Positions 26,258-36,296 of a stretch of 64,000 nt of DNA are shown here, one piece after another; position 1 is the stretch's first letter; every line of letters begins with the position of its first letter. Origin of the DNA: Myxococcota bacterium. Its GTDB lineage: Bacteria; Myxococcota_A; UBA796; CAJQPC01. The notes under the pieces are model-generated. The model ran no database searches. It saw only the letters and a program-made list of their open reading frames with translations, and was not told the origin of the DNA. The stretch is taken from NCBI GenBank assembly GCA_036012755.1, contig DASCPX010000009.1, forward strand, positions 32,001 through 96,000. The letters run 5' to 3'. The position numbers were made by a program, and so were the translations under genes.

Positions 26258-27906
26258 GTGAACACGGAGAGATCGAGCTCGGCGAAGACTCCGTCGAAGA
26301 CACCGTCCGTGAGGCGGCTCTCCTCGAGGATGGTCTTCTGGGCGGGATCGGGCTCCAGCCCGGCGGAGAGGTCCTGAGCGAGATCGCAGAGCCGGTCGAA
26401 GCGGGCAGCATGGCCGCAGAAACGCTTCCAACCGTAGTCCGGTGCGCCGCCGGTGGTCACGACGAAGGGCCAATCGCTGGACTGCATCAAGAGGAGCTCG
26501 CGAGCCGCCTGGGCCAGGGTCTCGCGAGCGCTGGCCGAGCTGGCGTCGGGGACCAGCATCGCGAGTCGCTCCTCCGCGCGGTGGAGGACCTCCCAGGCCC
26601 ACTTCGTCTGGTCGTTGAGCCACACGCGGTGGTCGCCGCCCTCGCCCCAGCTCCCCTCTGGCAGGCTCACGACCTTGTCCGGGGCGTCCAGCTCAGAGGC
26701 GAGCGCGACCTCGACGTCCGGGTCGGCGTCCAGCGTCAGGAGCACGTCGCGGAGCCAGAGGGGTCCCTCGTGCCACCAGTGGCCGAAGAGCTCCGCGTCG
26801 AAGGGCGCGACGATGACGCCGCTTCGCCCCGTGGCCTCCTCGTGACCCTGGAGCAGCGAGCGCACGAGCATCGAGAAGTGCTGGGCGTGGCTGTATACGG
26901 CACCAGCGACCGCCTCCGGCTCGTAGCGCACCTTCTGGTCCAGCTCCGCGCGGGCCGAGGTCACGCGCCAGTAGCGCAGGCCGTCACCACCCTGCTTCTT
27001 GTGGAACTCGAGGTAGCGGCCGTCGCCGGGGTAGCCGATGCGCGCCGACCAGACCTGTTCGGACAGCTGCCGGTGGCGGGGGAGCAAGGTGACCTCGCCG
27101 ACCCGATGGAGCTCACAGGGCGAGCGCCACCCTCGCTCGGGCTCCGAGCCAGCCTGGTCCCAGCCGACGGGAACGACCCCTGCTCCGCGCACGACCCCCG
27201 TACTGCGAGCGCCTCGCAGGACACCCTCGTCGATCACGGTCCACTCGACGCCGGCCTCTGCGAGGAGCTCCTCGAGGCCTGCCCGGTTCAGGGCCCCGCT
27301 GTCGAGGACCGGGGGCTTCCAGCTGCCGCCAGGGCGGTAGGCACACTCGGGCAACCAGAAGCCCTTGGGCCGCTTGCCGAGGTGCAGCTCCGAGGTCCTC
27401 AGGCCGAGCTCTATCTGAGCTCGACACGCGGCGTCCGTTCGCAACAGCGGAAGGTAGGCGTGGGTGGCGGCGCAGCCCATCACCTCGATGTCGCCAGAGG
27501 CCCAGAGGGCACCCAGCGCGGCGGGGATGTCCCCGTCCAGAGCGACAAAGCGTGCCCTCTGCTCCTCGAAGCGACGAGCCCAGCGCTCGGCCAGGGCGAC
27601 CATCTCGGCGTCCCCGGCGAATTGGAGGGCGTCGGCCTCTGCGCGGGCCTGCTTGGCACCGAGCCAGCTGACGAAGCCGTCGGCGAAGTAGCTCTGGGAC
27701 AGCTGCTCCAGCAGGATCGGCGACACGCCGAGGGTGAATCGACAGCGGCCACCCGCTGCGGAGGCGGCCTCGACGGTCTCGAGCAGCGGCAGCCAGGTCT
27801 CTGCGGCGGCCTCGAAGATCCACTCCTCGCCATGCGGCCAGCGGCCGTGATGGAGGACCCAGGGGAGGTGCCCGTGCAGCACCAGGGCGAAGCTACCGGC
27901 GGCCAT
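26254..27906 (-). CDS. GH57 1,4-alpha-glucan branching enzyme (DUF1957)
   Basis: VLHGHLPWV, ATHAYLPL, WLPECAY, APFDAELFGHWWHEG, RELLLMQSSDWPF. Confidence 0.93.
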   Translation of the reverse strand: MAAGSFALVLHGHLPWVLHHGRWPHGEEWIFEAAAETWLPLLETVEAASAAGGRCRFTLGVSPILLEQLSQSYFADGFVSWLGAKQARAEADALQFAGDAEMVALAERWARRFEEQRARFVALDGDIPAALGALWASGDIEVMGCAATHAYLPLLRTDAACRAQIELGLRTSELHLGKRPKGFWLPECAYRPGGSWKPPVLDSGALNRAGLEELLAEAGVEWTVIDEGVLRGARSTGVVRGAGVVPVGWDQAGSEPERGWRSPCELHRVGEVTLLPRHRQLSEQVWSARIGYPGDGRYLEFHKKQGGDGLRYWRVTSARAELDQKVRYEPEAVAGAVYSHAQHFSMLVRSLLQGHEEATGRSGVIVAPFDAELFGHWWHEGPLWLRDVLLTLDADPDVEVALASELDAPDKVVSLPEGSWGEGGDHRVWLNDQTKWAWEVLHRAEERLAMLVPDASSASARETLAQAARELLLMQSSDWPFVVTTGGAPDYGWKRFCGHAARFDRLCDLAQDLSAGLEPDPAQKTILEESRLTDGVFDGVFAELDLSVFT

Positions 27907-30106
27907 TGGTCTCCACGGCGAGGCTCAGGCGGAACTCCCGCTTCTCCTCGCCCCAGAGCTGGACCGGCCAGCTCAGGATCAAGCACACGCCCTGGTAGCT
28001 GGTCTCGAGATCGAGCAGCCCACCACGACGAATCGCCCTCACCGGGTAGTGCCAGAGATCCGCCGCGTGCACCGTCCGCAGCACGACCTTGAGCTCGCGA
28101 GAGGGGTCGTGCAGGGCGACCTCCTCGACCTGGTCCACCTTGCTCGCCTCGCCCACGTGGACCTCTTCGCAGCGGTCGATGACCAGCCTGGGCCCCCGCG
28201 GGTTCGAGCTGCTGGCGCCCAGGTTGACCTCGACCCCGAAGCGCCCGCTGACCGGCTTCAGGCTCCGATTGACGATGCTGTAGTGGACCTCCAGCGCCGG
28301 ACGATCCCGCAAGAAGAGGTAGCGCTTGCGGATCTGGACGAGGAACTCCTCGTCGGCTCGGCGAACCCGTCCCTCCCGCGTCAGGAGCACGCTGAACTCG
28401 CGCGGCCCCTGGGGCTCTGCGCTGACCACCTGGAAGGCGCCGTTGGCAAAGTCCCCTTCCTCGGGGAAGCTCGACTTCTCCAGGTTCGCGAGCGTCGTGG
28501 CCGGCCCGAGGAAGCGGTCGATGAAAGCACCCCGCTCGACGCGGTCGAAGGCGAGGATGCTCGCGAGCTCCTGCATGTAGGCGCCGCGGGAGGCGCCCTC
28601 GTCGATGCTGTGCTCGTCGATGCTGTCCTCGTCGCCGCTGACGAAGAGCTCGTAGGCGTCGGTGACCTCTGTGGGCTCCTCCTCTTCGAGCACCAGGGAG
28701 GGCAACAGCGAGTAGTCGTGCAGCTCGTGGTGCCAGGGCTCCTCGCGGCGCGAGATGCAGTCCAGGATGTTGCCCGGCATCGTCCAGCTTCCGAGCTCTA
28801 CCAGGCTGCCGCCCCCGTCCGGATTGATGACGCCTCCGAAGTGCGGCGTGCGGACGAGGACCTCTTCGGTCCCGTCGCAGTCGAAGTCGGCCCGGTAGGC
28901 GCGGATCCGGGCGGACTCTCCAAGGGTACGGGAGACCAGCGACTCGGCCTCGCAAAGGTTGCCGTAGGCACCAGCCCTCAGCGCCGGTTCATAGATGCCG
29001 CCCCGAGGCCCGGGCCAGTACACGGCCGAGCCCTGAGCCCTGTAGAGCGCCAGGCAGGCGTGCTCCAGGGCTCGCACCCGGGCGGGGTCCGCGTCCTCGC
29101 TCTCGGCGAGCCGCACGCGCAGCCGGTCGACCTCCAAGGACGCCGCCATCATTCGCTTGTGGATGCGGTTGCCCTCCTCGTAGCGGACCAGGAGCCCCTC
29201 CCAGGAGCCGGCCCGCGTGTATGGCCGACGCCGACCTCCCTCGGCCTGGGTGAGCTCGTCCTCTGAGAGCCCGGTGCAGCCCTCGGCGAGGCGGGCAGGA
29301 ATCCAGCTGGGCAGGTAGACGCGGCCTTCGCAAGGGCGCTTGTCGAGGAGCTCGGAGGGCAGGCCGAGGCGAAGCCAGTAGAGGCTGTCCTCGATGAGGT
29401 CGAAGAAGCCGTGGAGCCAGGTGCTGAAGGCCTTTGCGCCGACCTGGAAGGCCAGCTGCTCGACGCTGGCGACCCAGGCGACGGACTCGATGCCCATGGC
29501 GCGACGCCGCTCCAGGATGGACAGCGCCTCTGCAGGCGAGGTGTGACCGATGGCACCAGCGACCTGCGGATCGGTGGGGATGACCGCCAGCTGGGCGCCG
29601 CTTCGCTCCGTCACGTACCAACCGGCGAGGCGGCTGGGGCGCACGCCCGCGGCCAGGAAGGCCTCTCCTGGGACGAAGGCGTACCGGATGTCCGCTTCGT
29701 GGAAGAGCTCTGGGAGGTGGGGGTCCCAGACCCCCTCGCATAGGTAGGCGCCCCTCGGCCGAGCGCCGCACCTGGACTCGAGGATGCGCGACTGCAGCTC
29801 GATCTGGTTGACGGCATCTCGTCTGGGGATCCCCGTGAGGAAGGGGTCGGCCCAGCCGCCGGCGAGCAGCTCGACGCGACCCGCCTCCTGCAGCGAGTTC
29901 ACGAGCTTCAGCGCTCGCGCCTGTCGCAGCCCCAGCCACCGGAGCAGGTAGCCCGAGAAGTGGAGCGTCATGCGCAGGTTGGTGCGATCCCGGAGCGCCA
30001 GCAACAGGGGTGCGAACCATCGGTCGAACGCCATCTTGCGATCCCGCTCGGTGAGACCGACCGGGACGTGCAAGTGCAAAACCGGCAGGAATCGGATCTG
30101 GGACAT
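27893..30106 (-). CDS. GH57 alpha-amylase/4-alpha-glucanotransferase-like protein (DUF1925/DUF1926), degenerate
   Basis: MSQIRFLPVLHLHVPVG, LHFSGYLL, VELLAGG, YLCEGVW, RYEEGNRIHKRM, DFDCDGTEE. Confidence 0.8.
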   Translation of the reverse strand: MSQIRFLPVLHLHVPVGLTERDRKMAFDRWFAPLLLALRDRTNLRMTLHFSGYLLRWLGLRQARALKLVNSLQEAGRVELLAGGWADPFLTGIPRRDAVNQIELQSRILESRCGARPRGAYLCEGVWDPHLPELFHEADIRYAFVPGEAFLAAGVRPSRLAGWYVTERSGAQLAVIPTDPQVAGAIGHTSPAEALSILERRRAMGIESVAWVASVEQLAFQVGAKAFSTWLHGFFDLIEDSLYWLRLGLPSELLDKRPCEGRVYLPSWIPARLAEGCTGLSEDELTQAEGGRRRPYTRAGSWEGLLVRYEEGNRIHKRMMAASLEVDRLRVRLAESEDADPARVRALEHACLALYRAQGSAVYWPGPRGGIYEPALRAGAYGNLCEAESLVSRTLGESARIRAYRADFDCDGTEEVLVRTPHFGGVINPDGGGSLVELGSWTMPGNILDCISRREEPWHHELHDYSLLPSLVLEEEEPTEVTDAYELFVSGDEDSIDEHSIDEGASRGAYMQELASILAFDRVERGAFIDRFLGPATTLANLEKSSFPEEGDFANGAFQVVSAEPQGPREFSVLLTREGRVRRADEEFLVQIRKRYLFLRDRPALEVHYSIVNRSLKPVSGRFGVEVNLGASSSNPRGPRLVIDRCEEVHVGEASKVDQVEEVALHDPSRELKVVLRTVHAADLWHYPVRAIRRGGLLDLETSYQGVCLILSWPVQLWGEEKREFRLSLAVETNGRR

Positions 30107-30173
30107 CTGGGCGCGAAGGTGCCGAAAGCAGGGCGAGCCTAGCACACCGCCTCGGGATAGCTTTTGCGCAGCA

Positions 30174-32009
30174 ATGCCCACGCTCGTCGACCAGTTCTGC
30201 CCGAACGTGCATGACGCGCCGATCAGCGCGGCGGCCTGCGACCCGGACAGCGGGGTGCGCGTCACGGCGGACGCCAACGGAGTCGTCGCGGTCACGCGGC
30301 GCGGAGAGAGCGCCCCGGGCCTGGTCTTCCAGCCCGGAGGCCCGGTCAGCGGCGCGCTCGGGCTGATCCGCGGCGGCACGCTCGTCGCGGTCGGCGACGA
30401 CAACGGCACCATCGGGGTCTACCGCACCGACAACGGCAAGCCGACCTTCGAGGAGCTGCGGGAGGGTGCCCGCGGCCGTGTTCGCGCCATGCGCGGCTGC
30501 GCAATCAGCCCCACCGGCGGCATGCTCGCGAGCATCGCCATCGACGGCCTCATTCGGCTGTGGGACCTCGAGAAGGGCAAGCGCGAGGTCGCCTGGCAGG
30601 GCTTCGGCGGCCGAAGCGTCGCCTTCGACGCCCGCGGAGACCGGCTCCTCTGCGTCGATCAGGGCGGACAGCCCCGGCTCATCGACCTCCGCGACCGCGA
30701 GGGGCTGCCGATGGACCGGCTCCAGATGCCGGCTCACCACGCCTACTTCACCAGGGACGGGACCCACGTCGTCTGCTCGGGGGCAGCAGGTATCTCCTTG
30801 CTCCGCGTCGTCGACGGGGTGCTCCGCACCAGCTTCGCGACCCGCGGGGGGAGCGGGATCTCCAACATCGTGCTGTCCCCCGACGGGCGGCAGGTCGCCG
30901 CCGTCACCCAGCGCTCGGTCCACGTCTTTGGCCTTCCGGAGCTCAACCCGGCCGGAAGCACCAAGCACGGCGCGCCCGGGGCCGAGACAGGTGCAGCCTA
31001 CTGGACCACAGAGGGCGTGGCGGTCGGCGGCTCGGACGGACTGATGCACGACGGCGGGGACAAGGGCGTGCCCCCCGTGGTTGCGGTCGCGGGCTTCGGA
31101 ACCTGGCGGATCGCCGCCCACACGGACCGCATCGCGGTCTGGAGCGACAACCATCGAGAGAGCTTCTTCCCAGCGAAGGAGAAGCTCGAGCGCATCATCG
31201 TGGACCGCGACGGACGGCTGGTGGTCGCCCAGCCCGTGCGCGGCCCGATCACGGTGCACTCCACCCGCGACGGGCGGGTGGTCTTCAACGGAGGTCCCGA
31301 GACCTCGGGGGCCGTCGACGTCGCCGTTGGCGGCAGCGTCATCTGTACGCAGCTGCGCTCCGGGGGCGTGCGCTGGTGGGACATCCGGGCGAACCGGGCC
31401 TTCGAGCTCAAGTGGCCCCGCGCGATGGCGCTGTCAGGCAGCGGGACCTGGCTCGGGGTCGTCACGCCGAAGGGCGCAGTGCGCATCCTCGAGCCCTCGA
31501 CCGGCCGTGACGCGGTCCCGCCTCCGATTCCCCTCGCCGACGTGCCGATCGCGCGGGTCGCTTTCGTGAACCGGCGCCCCGACCTCCTCGTGGTCGATCA
31601 GGACGGTGTCCTCGGCCACTACGATCTCGCGAAGTCCGCGCGCGGAGGCCGCAGCGGGGAAGGCCGAGACGTGCTCGACTTCAACGTGCAGATCGACCGC
31701 CTGTGGGGCATCACCGGTGGTCAATACGCCGCGCTGCGTGTTCCGGAAGGCGACACCTCGACCGTCCTCGTCGTGGACCTCCACGCCTGCGACGTCGTGC
31801 ACGAGATCACCGAGCTGCACCCCGGTGTGTGGGTGGACCCGGAGACCGGTCACCTCATCGAGCCCGCCCGCAGCGGCGGCCTGCTCGAGCGCGAGATGGA
31901 CGGCTCGGAGCTCAGGGTGTTGCGGTCGCTGCCCGGGGATCAGTGGATTGCCTTTGGATCTCGCGGCCTTCTCGGCGCATCGGAAGGGGCCGGCGTCGCG
32001 ATGAGATGA
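30174..32009 (+). CDS. WD40/beta-propeller repeat protein
   Basis: AVGDDNGTIGVY, ASIAIDGLIRLWDL, LSPDGRQVA, GGVRWWDI repeats; ATG at 30174. Confidence 0.85.
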   Translation: MPTLVDQFCPNVHDAPISAAACDPDSGVRVTADANGVVAVTRRGESAPGLVFQPGGPVSGALGLIRGGTLVAVGDDNGTIGVYRTDNGKPTFEELREGARGRVRAMRGCAISPTGGMLASIAIDGLIRLWDLEKGKREVAWQGFGGRSVAFDARGDRLLCVDQGGQPRLIDLRDREGLPMDRLQMPAHHAYFTRDGTHVVCSGAAGISLLRVVDGVLRTSFATRGGSGISNIVLSPDGRQVAAVTQRSVHVFGLPELNPAGSTKHGAPGAETGAAYWTTEGVAVGGSDGLMHDGGDKGVPPVVAVAGFGTWRIAAHTDRIAVWSDNHRESFFPAKEKLERIIVDRDGRLVVAQPVRGPITVHSTRDGRVVFNGGPETSGAVDVAVGGSVICTQLRSGGVRWWDIRANRAFELKWPRAMALSGSGTWLGVVTPKGAVRILEPSTGRDAVPPPIPLADVPIARVAFVNRRPDLLVVDQDGVLGHYDLAKSARGGRSGEGRDVLDFNVQIDRLWGITGGQYAALRVPEGDTSTVLVVDLHACDVVHEITELHPGVWVDPETGHLIEPARSGGLLEREMDGSELRVLRSLPGDQWIAFGSRGLLGASEGAGVAMR

Positions 32010-32058
32010 GATATAAGGGAGTCCTTCCAACTCTCCTCCTCAGCTCCCCTCAGCCCGC

Positions 32059-34386
32059 ATGAATCCACAGGTCACACCTGTTCCGCTGCACAAGGCAGCT
32101 CAGCGTCGCTATCTCAGCTACGCGCTCTCGGTCATCACCTCCCGCGCGCTGCCGGATGTGCGCGACGGCTTGAAGCCAGTCCAGCGCCGCATCCTCTACG
32201 CCATGCTCCACAGCCTGCACCTGCGGCCAGAGGGGCGCTACCGCAAGTCGGCGGCCGTCGTCGGCGACGTCATGGCGAAGTACCACCCCCACGGGGACCA
32301 GTCGATCTACGACGCGATGGTCCGCATGGCTCAGCCCTTCTCGCTGCTCCACCCGCTCGTGGACGGCCAGGGCAACTTCGGCAGCCTCGACGGGGACAAC
32401 GCCGCAGCCATGCGGTACACCGAGTGCAAGCTCCAGCCCATCGCGATGGAGCTCCTCGACGAGCTCGGCAAGCAGACCGTCGAGTACCGCCCGAACTACG
32501 ACGGTCAACTCTTCGAGCCCGTCGTGCTACCAGCCCGCTTCCCGCAGCTGCTGGTCAACGGGGTCGAAGGCATCGCGGTCGGCATGGCGACCAAGATCCC
32601 GCCGCACAACCTGCGAGAGGTCATCGGCGCCGCCGTGCGCCTGATCGACGACCCGACGCTCTCCGTCCCACAGCTCTGTCGCACGCTGAAGGGCCCGGAC
32701 TTCCCGACAGGCGGACGCATCCTGACCTCTCGCGAAGAGCTCCGCGCCATCTACGAGACCGGCTCCGGCAAGGTCACGATGAGGGGGGAGTACACGACCG
32801 AGAAGGTCGGACGGAAGAACTACGTCATCGTCACGTCGATCCCCTACGCCCAGAACAAGGCGACCCTCATAGAGCGCATCGGCATGCTCGTCGCCCAGCG
32901 CAAGGTGCCTCAGCTCCTGGACGTCCGCGACGAGTCCACAGAGGACGTGCGCATCGTGCTCGAGCTGCGGCGAGCGTCGGATGTCGGCCCCGCGATGGCC
33001 TACCTCTTCAAGCACACGCCGCTGCAGCAGAACTTCCACGTCAACCTCACGGTGCTCGTCCCCACGGACAACCCGGACGTGGCGGCGCCGGCCCGCCTCG
33101 ATCTGCGCTCGGTGCTCTGGTACTGGCTCAACTTCCGCCAGGAGACGGTCCGACGACGCTTCGACTACGACCTCCGCAAGCTCCAGGAGCGCATCCACGT
33201 CCTGGAGGCCTTCGAGACCATCTTCGACTGCCTGGACGAGGCGATCGTCATCATCCGCGGCAGCGCGGGCAAGCGGGACGCGGCGGAGAAGCTGATGGGG
33301 CGCTTCGATCTCGACGACGTGCAGGCCGAGGCGATCCTGCAGCTGCGGCTCTACAAGCTGGCCCGTCTCGAGATCCTGCTCATCCGCGAGGAGCTGGAAG
33401 AGAAGCGCAAGGAGGCAGCGCGCATCTCGGCGATCCTCGAGTCCGAGGACGAGCTCTGGCGGGTCGTGAAGGAGGAACTCCAAGAGGTCGCGAAGGCCTA
33501 CGGCCGGCGGCGCCGCACGACCATCGGCGAGCTGGAGACGCTGGAGACCTACGACGAGGACGCCTACATCGTCGCAGAGGACGCGGTCGTCATCGTCACG
33601 CGCGAGGGCTGGTTCAAGCGCCAGGGCCGCGTCACCGGCCTCGACCGGGTCCGCACAAAAGACGGCGACAGCATCGGCTGGGCGCTCAAGGCGAGCACGC
33701 GCTCCACGGTCAGCTTCCTCACCGACCGGGGGATCGCCTACACGATGCGCGTCGACGACGTGCCCGCCACCACCGGCTACGGCGAGCCGGTCCAGGCCCA
33801 CTTCAAGTTCGCTCCGGGCGAGCGCCTCGTCGGCGTGGTCGGCTTCGATGCACGGATCCGCCCCAAGGCTCCGACCGGCACGATCGAGCTCTTCGACGAC
33901 GAGGTCCCACCGCCCCACATCGTCGCCGTGAGCCGCCAGGGCCGGGGTGTCCGCGTAGCCCTGTCCACCTTCGAGGAGCCCTCGAAGAAGGGAGGCCGCA
34001 AGTTCATGAAGGTCGGCAAGACCAACGACAGCGTCGTCGCCGCCTGGGCCTCTGACGGCTCCGAGCACGTCAGCATCGCCACGACGAAGGGGCGGATGCT
34101 GGTCTACCCGGCGGCCGAGGTCAACACCGTGAGGGCCGCCGGCAAGGGGGTCCTGGCCATCAAGCTGAACACCGGCGACAGCGTGCTCGCCTTCGAGCTC
34201 ACGACCGAGCGCTTCGGCGGAGCGACCGTGCGGACGACCCAGGGACGCGAGGAGACCGCGCGCCCCTCCAAGCACCTCGGCAAGCGCGCCGATCGCGGGA
34301 GCGTCGTGCTCAGGCGTGGTGGCTTCAGCGAGTGGCTCCAGGAGCCCCAGGTCCTCCTTGGTCCCGCCGAGGAAGGCTCGAAGTGA
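32059..34386 (+). CDS. parC: Type IIA topoisomerase subunit A (topoisomerase IV ParC-like)
   Basis: [32 protein letters not shown]; no GyrA-box seen in the C-terminal domain. Confidence 0.85.
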   Translation: MNPQVTPVPLHKAAQRRYLSYALSVITSRALPDVRDGLKPVQRRILYAMLHSLHLRPEGRYRKSAAVVGDVMAKYHPHGDQSIYDAMVRMAQPFSLLHPLVDGQGNFGSLDGDNAAAMRYTECKLQPIAMELLDELGKQTVEYRPNYDGQLFEPVVLPARFPQLLVNGVEGIAVGMATKIPPHNLREVIGAAVRLIDDPTLSVPQLCRTLKGPDFPTGGRILTSREELRAIYETGSGKVTMRGEYTTEKVGRKNYVIVTSIPYAQNKATLIERIGMLVAQRKVPQLLDVRDESTEDVRIVLELRRASDVGPAMAYLFKHTPLQQNFHVNLTVLVPTDNPDVAAPARLDLRSVLWYWLNFRQETVRRRFDYDLRKLQERIHVLEAFETIFDCLDEAIVIIRGSAGKRDAAEKLMGRFDLDDVQAEAILQLRLYKLARLEILLIREELEEKRKEAARISAILESEDELWRVVKEELQEVAKAYGRRRRTTIGELETLETYDEDAYIVAEDAVVIVTREGWFKRQGRVTGLDRVRTKDGDSIGWALKASTRSTVSFLTDRGIAYTMRVDDVPATTGYGEPVQAHFKFAPGERLVGVVGFDARIRPKAPTGTIELFDDEVPPPHIVAVSRQGRGVRVALSTFEEPSKKGGRKFMKVGKTNDSVVAAWASDGSEHVSIATTKGRMLVYPAAEVNTVRAAGKGVLAIKLNTGDSVLAFELTTERFGGATVRTTQGREETARPSKHLGKRADRGSVVLRRGGFSEWLQEPQVLLGPAEEGSK

Positions 34387-36296
34387 CCGGGCGCTACGAC
34401 GAGAAGAGCTTCCAGTTCCTGGAGGGGCTCGAGGCCGTCCGCACCCGACCCGGGATGTACATCGGCGGGACAGGCAAGGAGGGCCTCCACCACCTCATCT
34501 GGGAGATCGTCGACAACGCGGTCGACGAGGCCATCAACGGCTTCGCCAGCTTCATCAAGGTGGTGCTGCACGAGGACGGCAAGACCATCACCGTGGACGA
34601 CAACGGCCGCGGGATCCCCGTCGGACTCAACAAGAAGTACCGCCGCAGCACGCTGGAGCTGGTCTTCACGAAGCTCCACGGCGGCGCGAAGTTCGGCGAC
34701 GACAGCTACCTCACCAGCGGCGGCCTGCACGGGGTCGGCTCGAGCGTCGTCAACGCCCTGTCCTCCTCCCTGGAGGCCCGCGTACGGCGAGAGGGCCGCG
34801 AGTACGAGATCGCCTTCCGGCGCGGTCGGCCGCGTCACGCGGTGACCGACACGGGGCCCGCCCGCGGAACGGGCACGCGCATCACCTTCTCCCCCGACGA
34901 GGACATCTTCGGCCCCTTCGACTTCGACCCCGACCTCATCCGGGAGCGCCTGGAAGTGAAGGCCTACCTCAACCGGGGCCTGCGCCTCTTGTTCCGGGAC
35001 GAGGCCTCCTCGCGAACCCAGGAGTTCAAGCACGACGGCGGGCTGTCGGACTACCTCGAGCACCTCGTCAAGAAGGGCGACAAGGTCCCGACCCAGCCGA
35101 TGCCCTTCCTCTTCGACCGCCGGGACGCGCTCCCTCGGGTCGAGGTCGCGCTGAGTTGGACGGACTCGCCGCGAGAGCAGCTCTTGTCCTTCGTCAACGG
35201 CATCCCCACCAGAGACGGGGGAAACCACGAGCTGGCGCTGAAGGGCTCCATCGTCAGCGCACTCCGAGCCTTCATCGAGGCCCACTCCTTGGAGGTCCGA
35301 GGGGTCAAGCTCTCCGCGGATGACATCCGCGAGGGCGTCGTCGGCCTGGTGAGCATCTTCATCAGCGATCCCCAGTTCCAGGGGCAGACGAAGGAGAAGC
35401 TGAACAACCCCGAGTTGAAGGGCCCCCTCGAGGCGCTGTTGTCGCCGGCGCTGGAGCAGTGGCTGCACGACCACCGCGAGTGGGGCGAGGCCATCGTCAT
35501 GCGCGCTGTCCAGGCGGCGCGAGCACGCATGGCGTCGAGAGCGGCCGCGAAGCAGGTGCGGCGCAAGTCGGCCACCTCTCACCGGCTGAACCTCCCTGGC
35601 AAGCTCGCGGACTGCTCCTCCACGGACCCTGGCAACAGCGAGATCTTCATCGTCGAGGGCGACAGCGCCGGCGGCTCGGCCAAGCAGGGTCGGGATCGGC
35701 AGACCCAGGCGGTCCTTCCCCTACGTGGAAAGGTCCTCAACACAGAGAACGCCTCGCTCGCCACGGTCGTGAAGAACAACGAGCTCGGAGACATCGTCAA
35801 GGCGCTGGGCTGCGGAATCGGCGCCGACTTCGATCTGTCTCGGCTGCGCTACGACCGGATCATCCTGCTCATGGACGCGGACGTCGACGGGCACCACATC
35901 GCCACGCTCTTGTTGACCTTTTTCTACCGCCACCTCCCGCAGCTCATCGACGCAGGCCACGTCTACCTCGCCCAGCCGCCGCTCTACCGAATCGACGCCG
36001 GCAAGGACACCTGGTGGGCCGCGGACGACAGCGAAAAGGACCGCATCCTGGGCAAGCTGCCGGCGCGCTACAAGCCGGAGATCAGCCGCTTCAAGGGCCT
36101 GGGCGAGATGATGCCGAAGACCCTGTTCTCGACAACCCTGGACCCGCGCCGGCGACGCCTGTTGCGTGTCGTGGTCCCGGCGACCAGCCGGGTGATGACG
36201 GACAACGTCATGTCAGAGCTCATGGGCCGTGACCCTTCTGCCCGCTTCCGCTTCATCATGGACCGGGCAGGGGACGTGGAGGCTCTCGACGTGTGA
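34383..36296 (+). CDS. parE: Type IIA topoisomerase subunit B (ParE/GyrB-like)
   Basis: GTG start overlapping the subunit A stop; [50 protein letters not shown]. Confidence 0.87.
   Translation: MTGRYDEKSFQFLEGLEAVRTRPGMYIGGTGKEGLHHLIWEIVDNAVDEAINGFASFIKVVLHEDGKTITVDDNGRGIPVGLNKKYRRSTLELVFTKLHGGAKFGDDSYLTSGGLHGVGSSVVNALSSSLEARVRREGREYEIAFRRGRPRHAVTDTGPARGTGTRITFSPDEDIFGPFDFDPDLIRERLEVKAYLNRGLRLLFRDEASSRTQEFKHDGGLSDYLEHLVKKGDKVPTQPMPFLFDRRDALPRVEVALSWTDSPREQLLSFVNGIPTRDGGNHELALKGSIVSALRAFIEAHSLEVRGVKLSADDIREGVVGLVSIFISDPQFQGQTKEKLNNPELKGPLEALLSPALEQWLHDHREWGEAIVMRAVQAARARMASRAAAKQVRRKSATSHRLNLPGKLADCSSTDPGNSEIFIVEGDSAGGSAKQGRDRQTQAVLPLRGKVLNTENASLATVVKNNELGDIVKALGCGIGADFDLSRLRYDRIILLMDADVDGHHIATLLLTFFYRHLPQLIDAGHVYLAQPPLYRIDAGKDTWWAADDSEKDRILGKLPARYKPEISRFKGLGEMMPKTLFSTTLDPRRRRLLRVVVPATSRVMTDNVMSELMGRDPSARFRFIMDRAGDVEALDV

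Noticed and set aside
32059..36296. Canonical DNA gyrase gyrA/gyrB near oriC
   Set aside because: No GyrA-box was seen, the order is A-B, and there is no dnaA/dnaN/recF context. Gyrase is not fully excluded without phylogeny.
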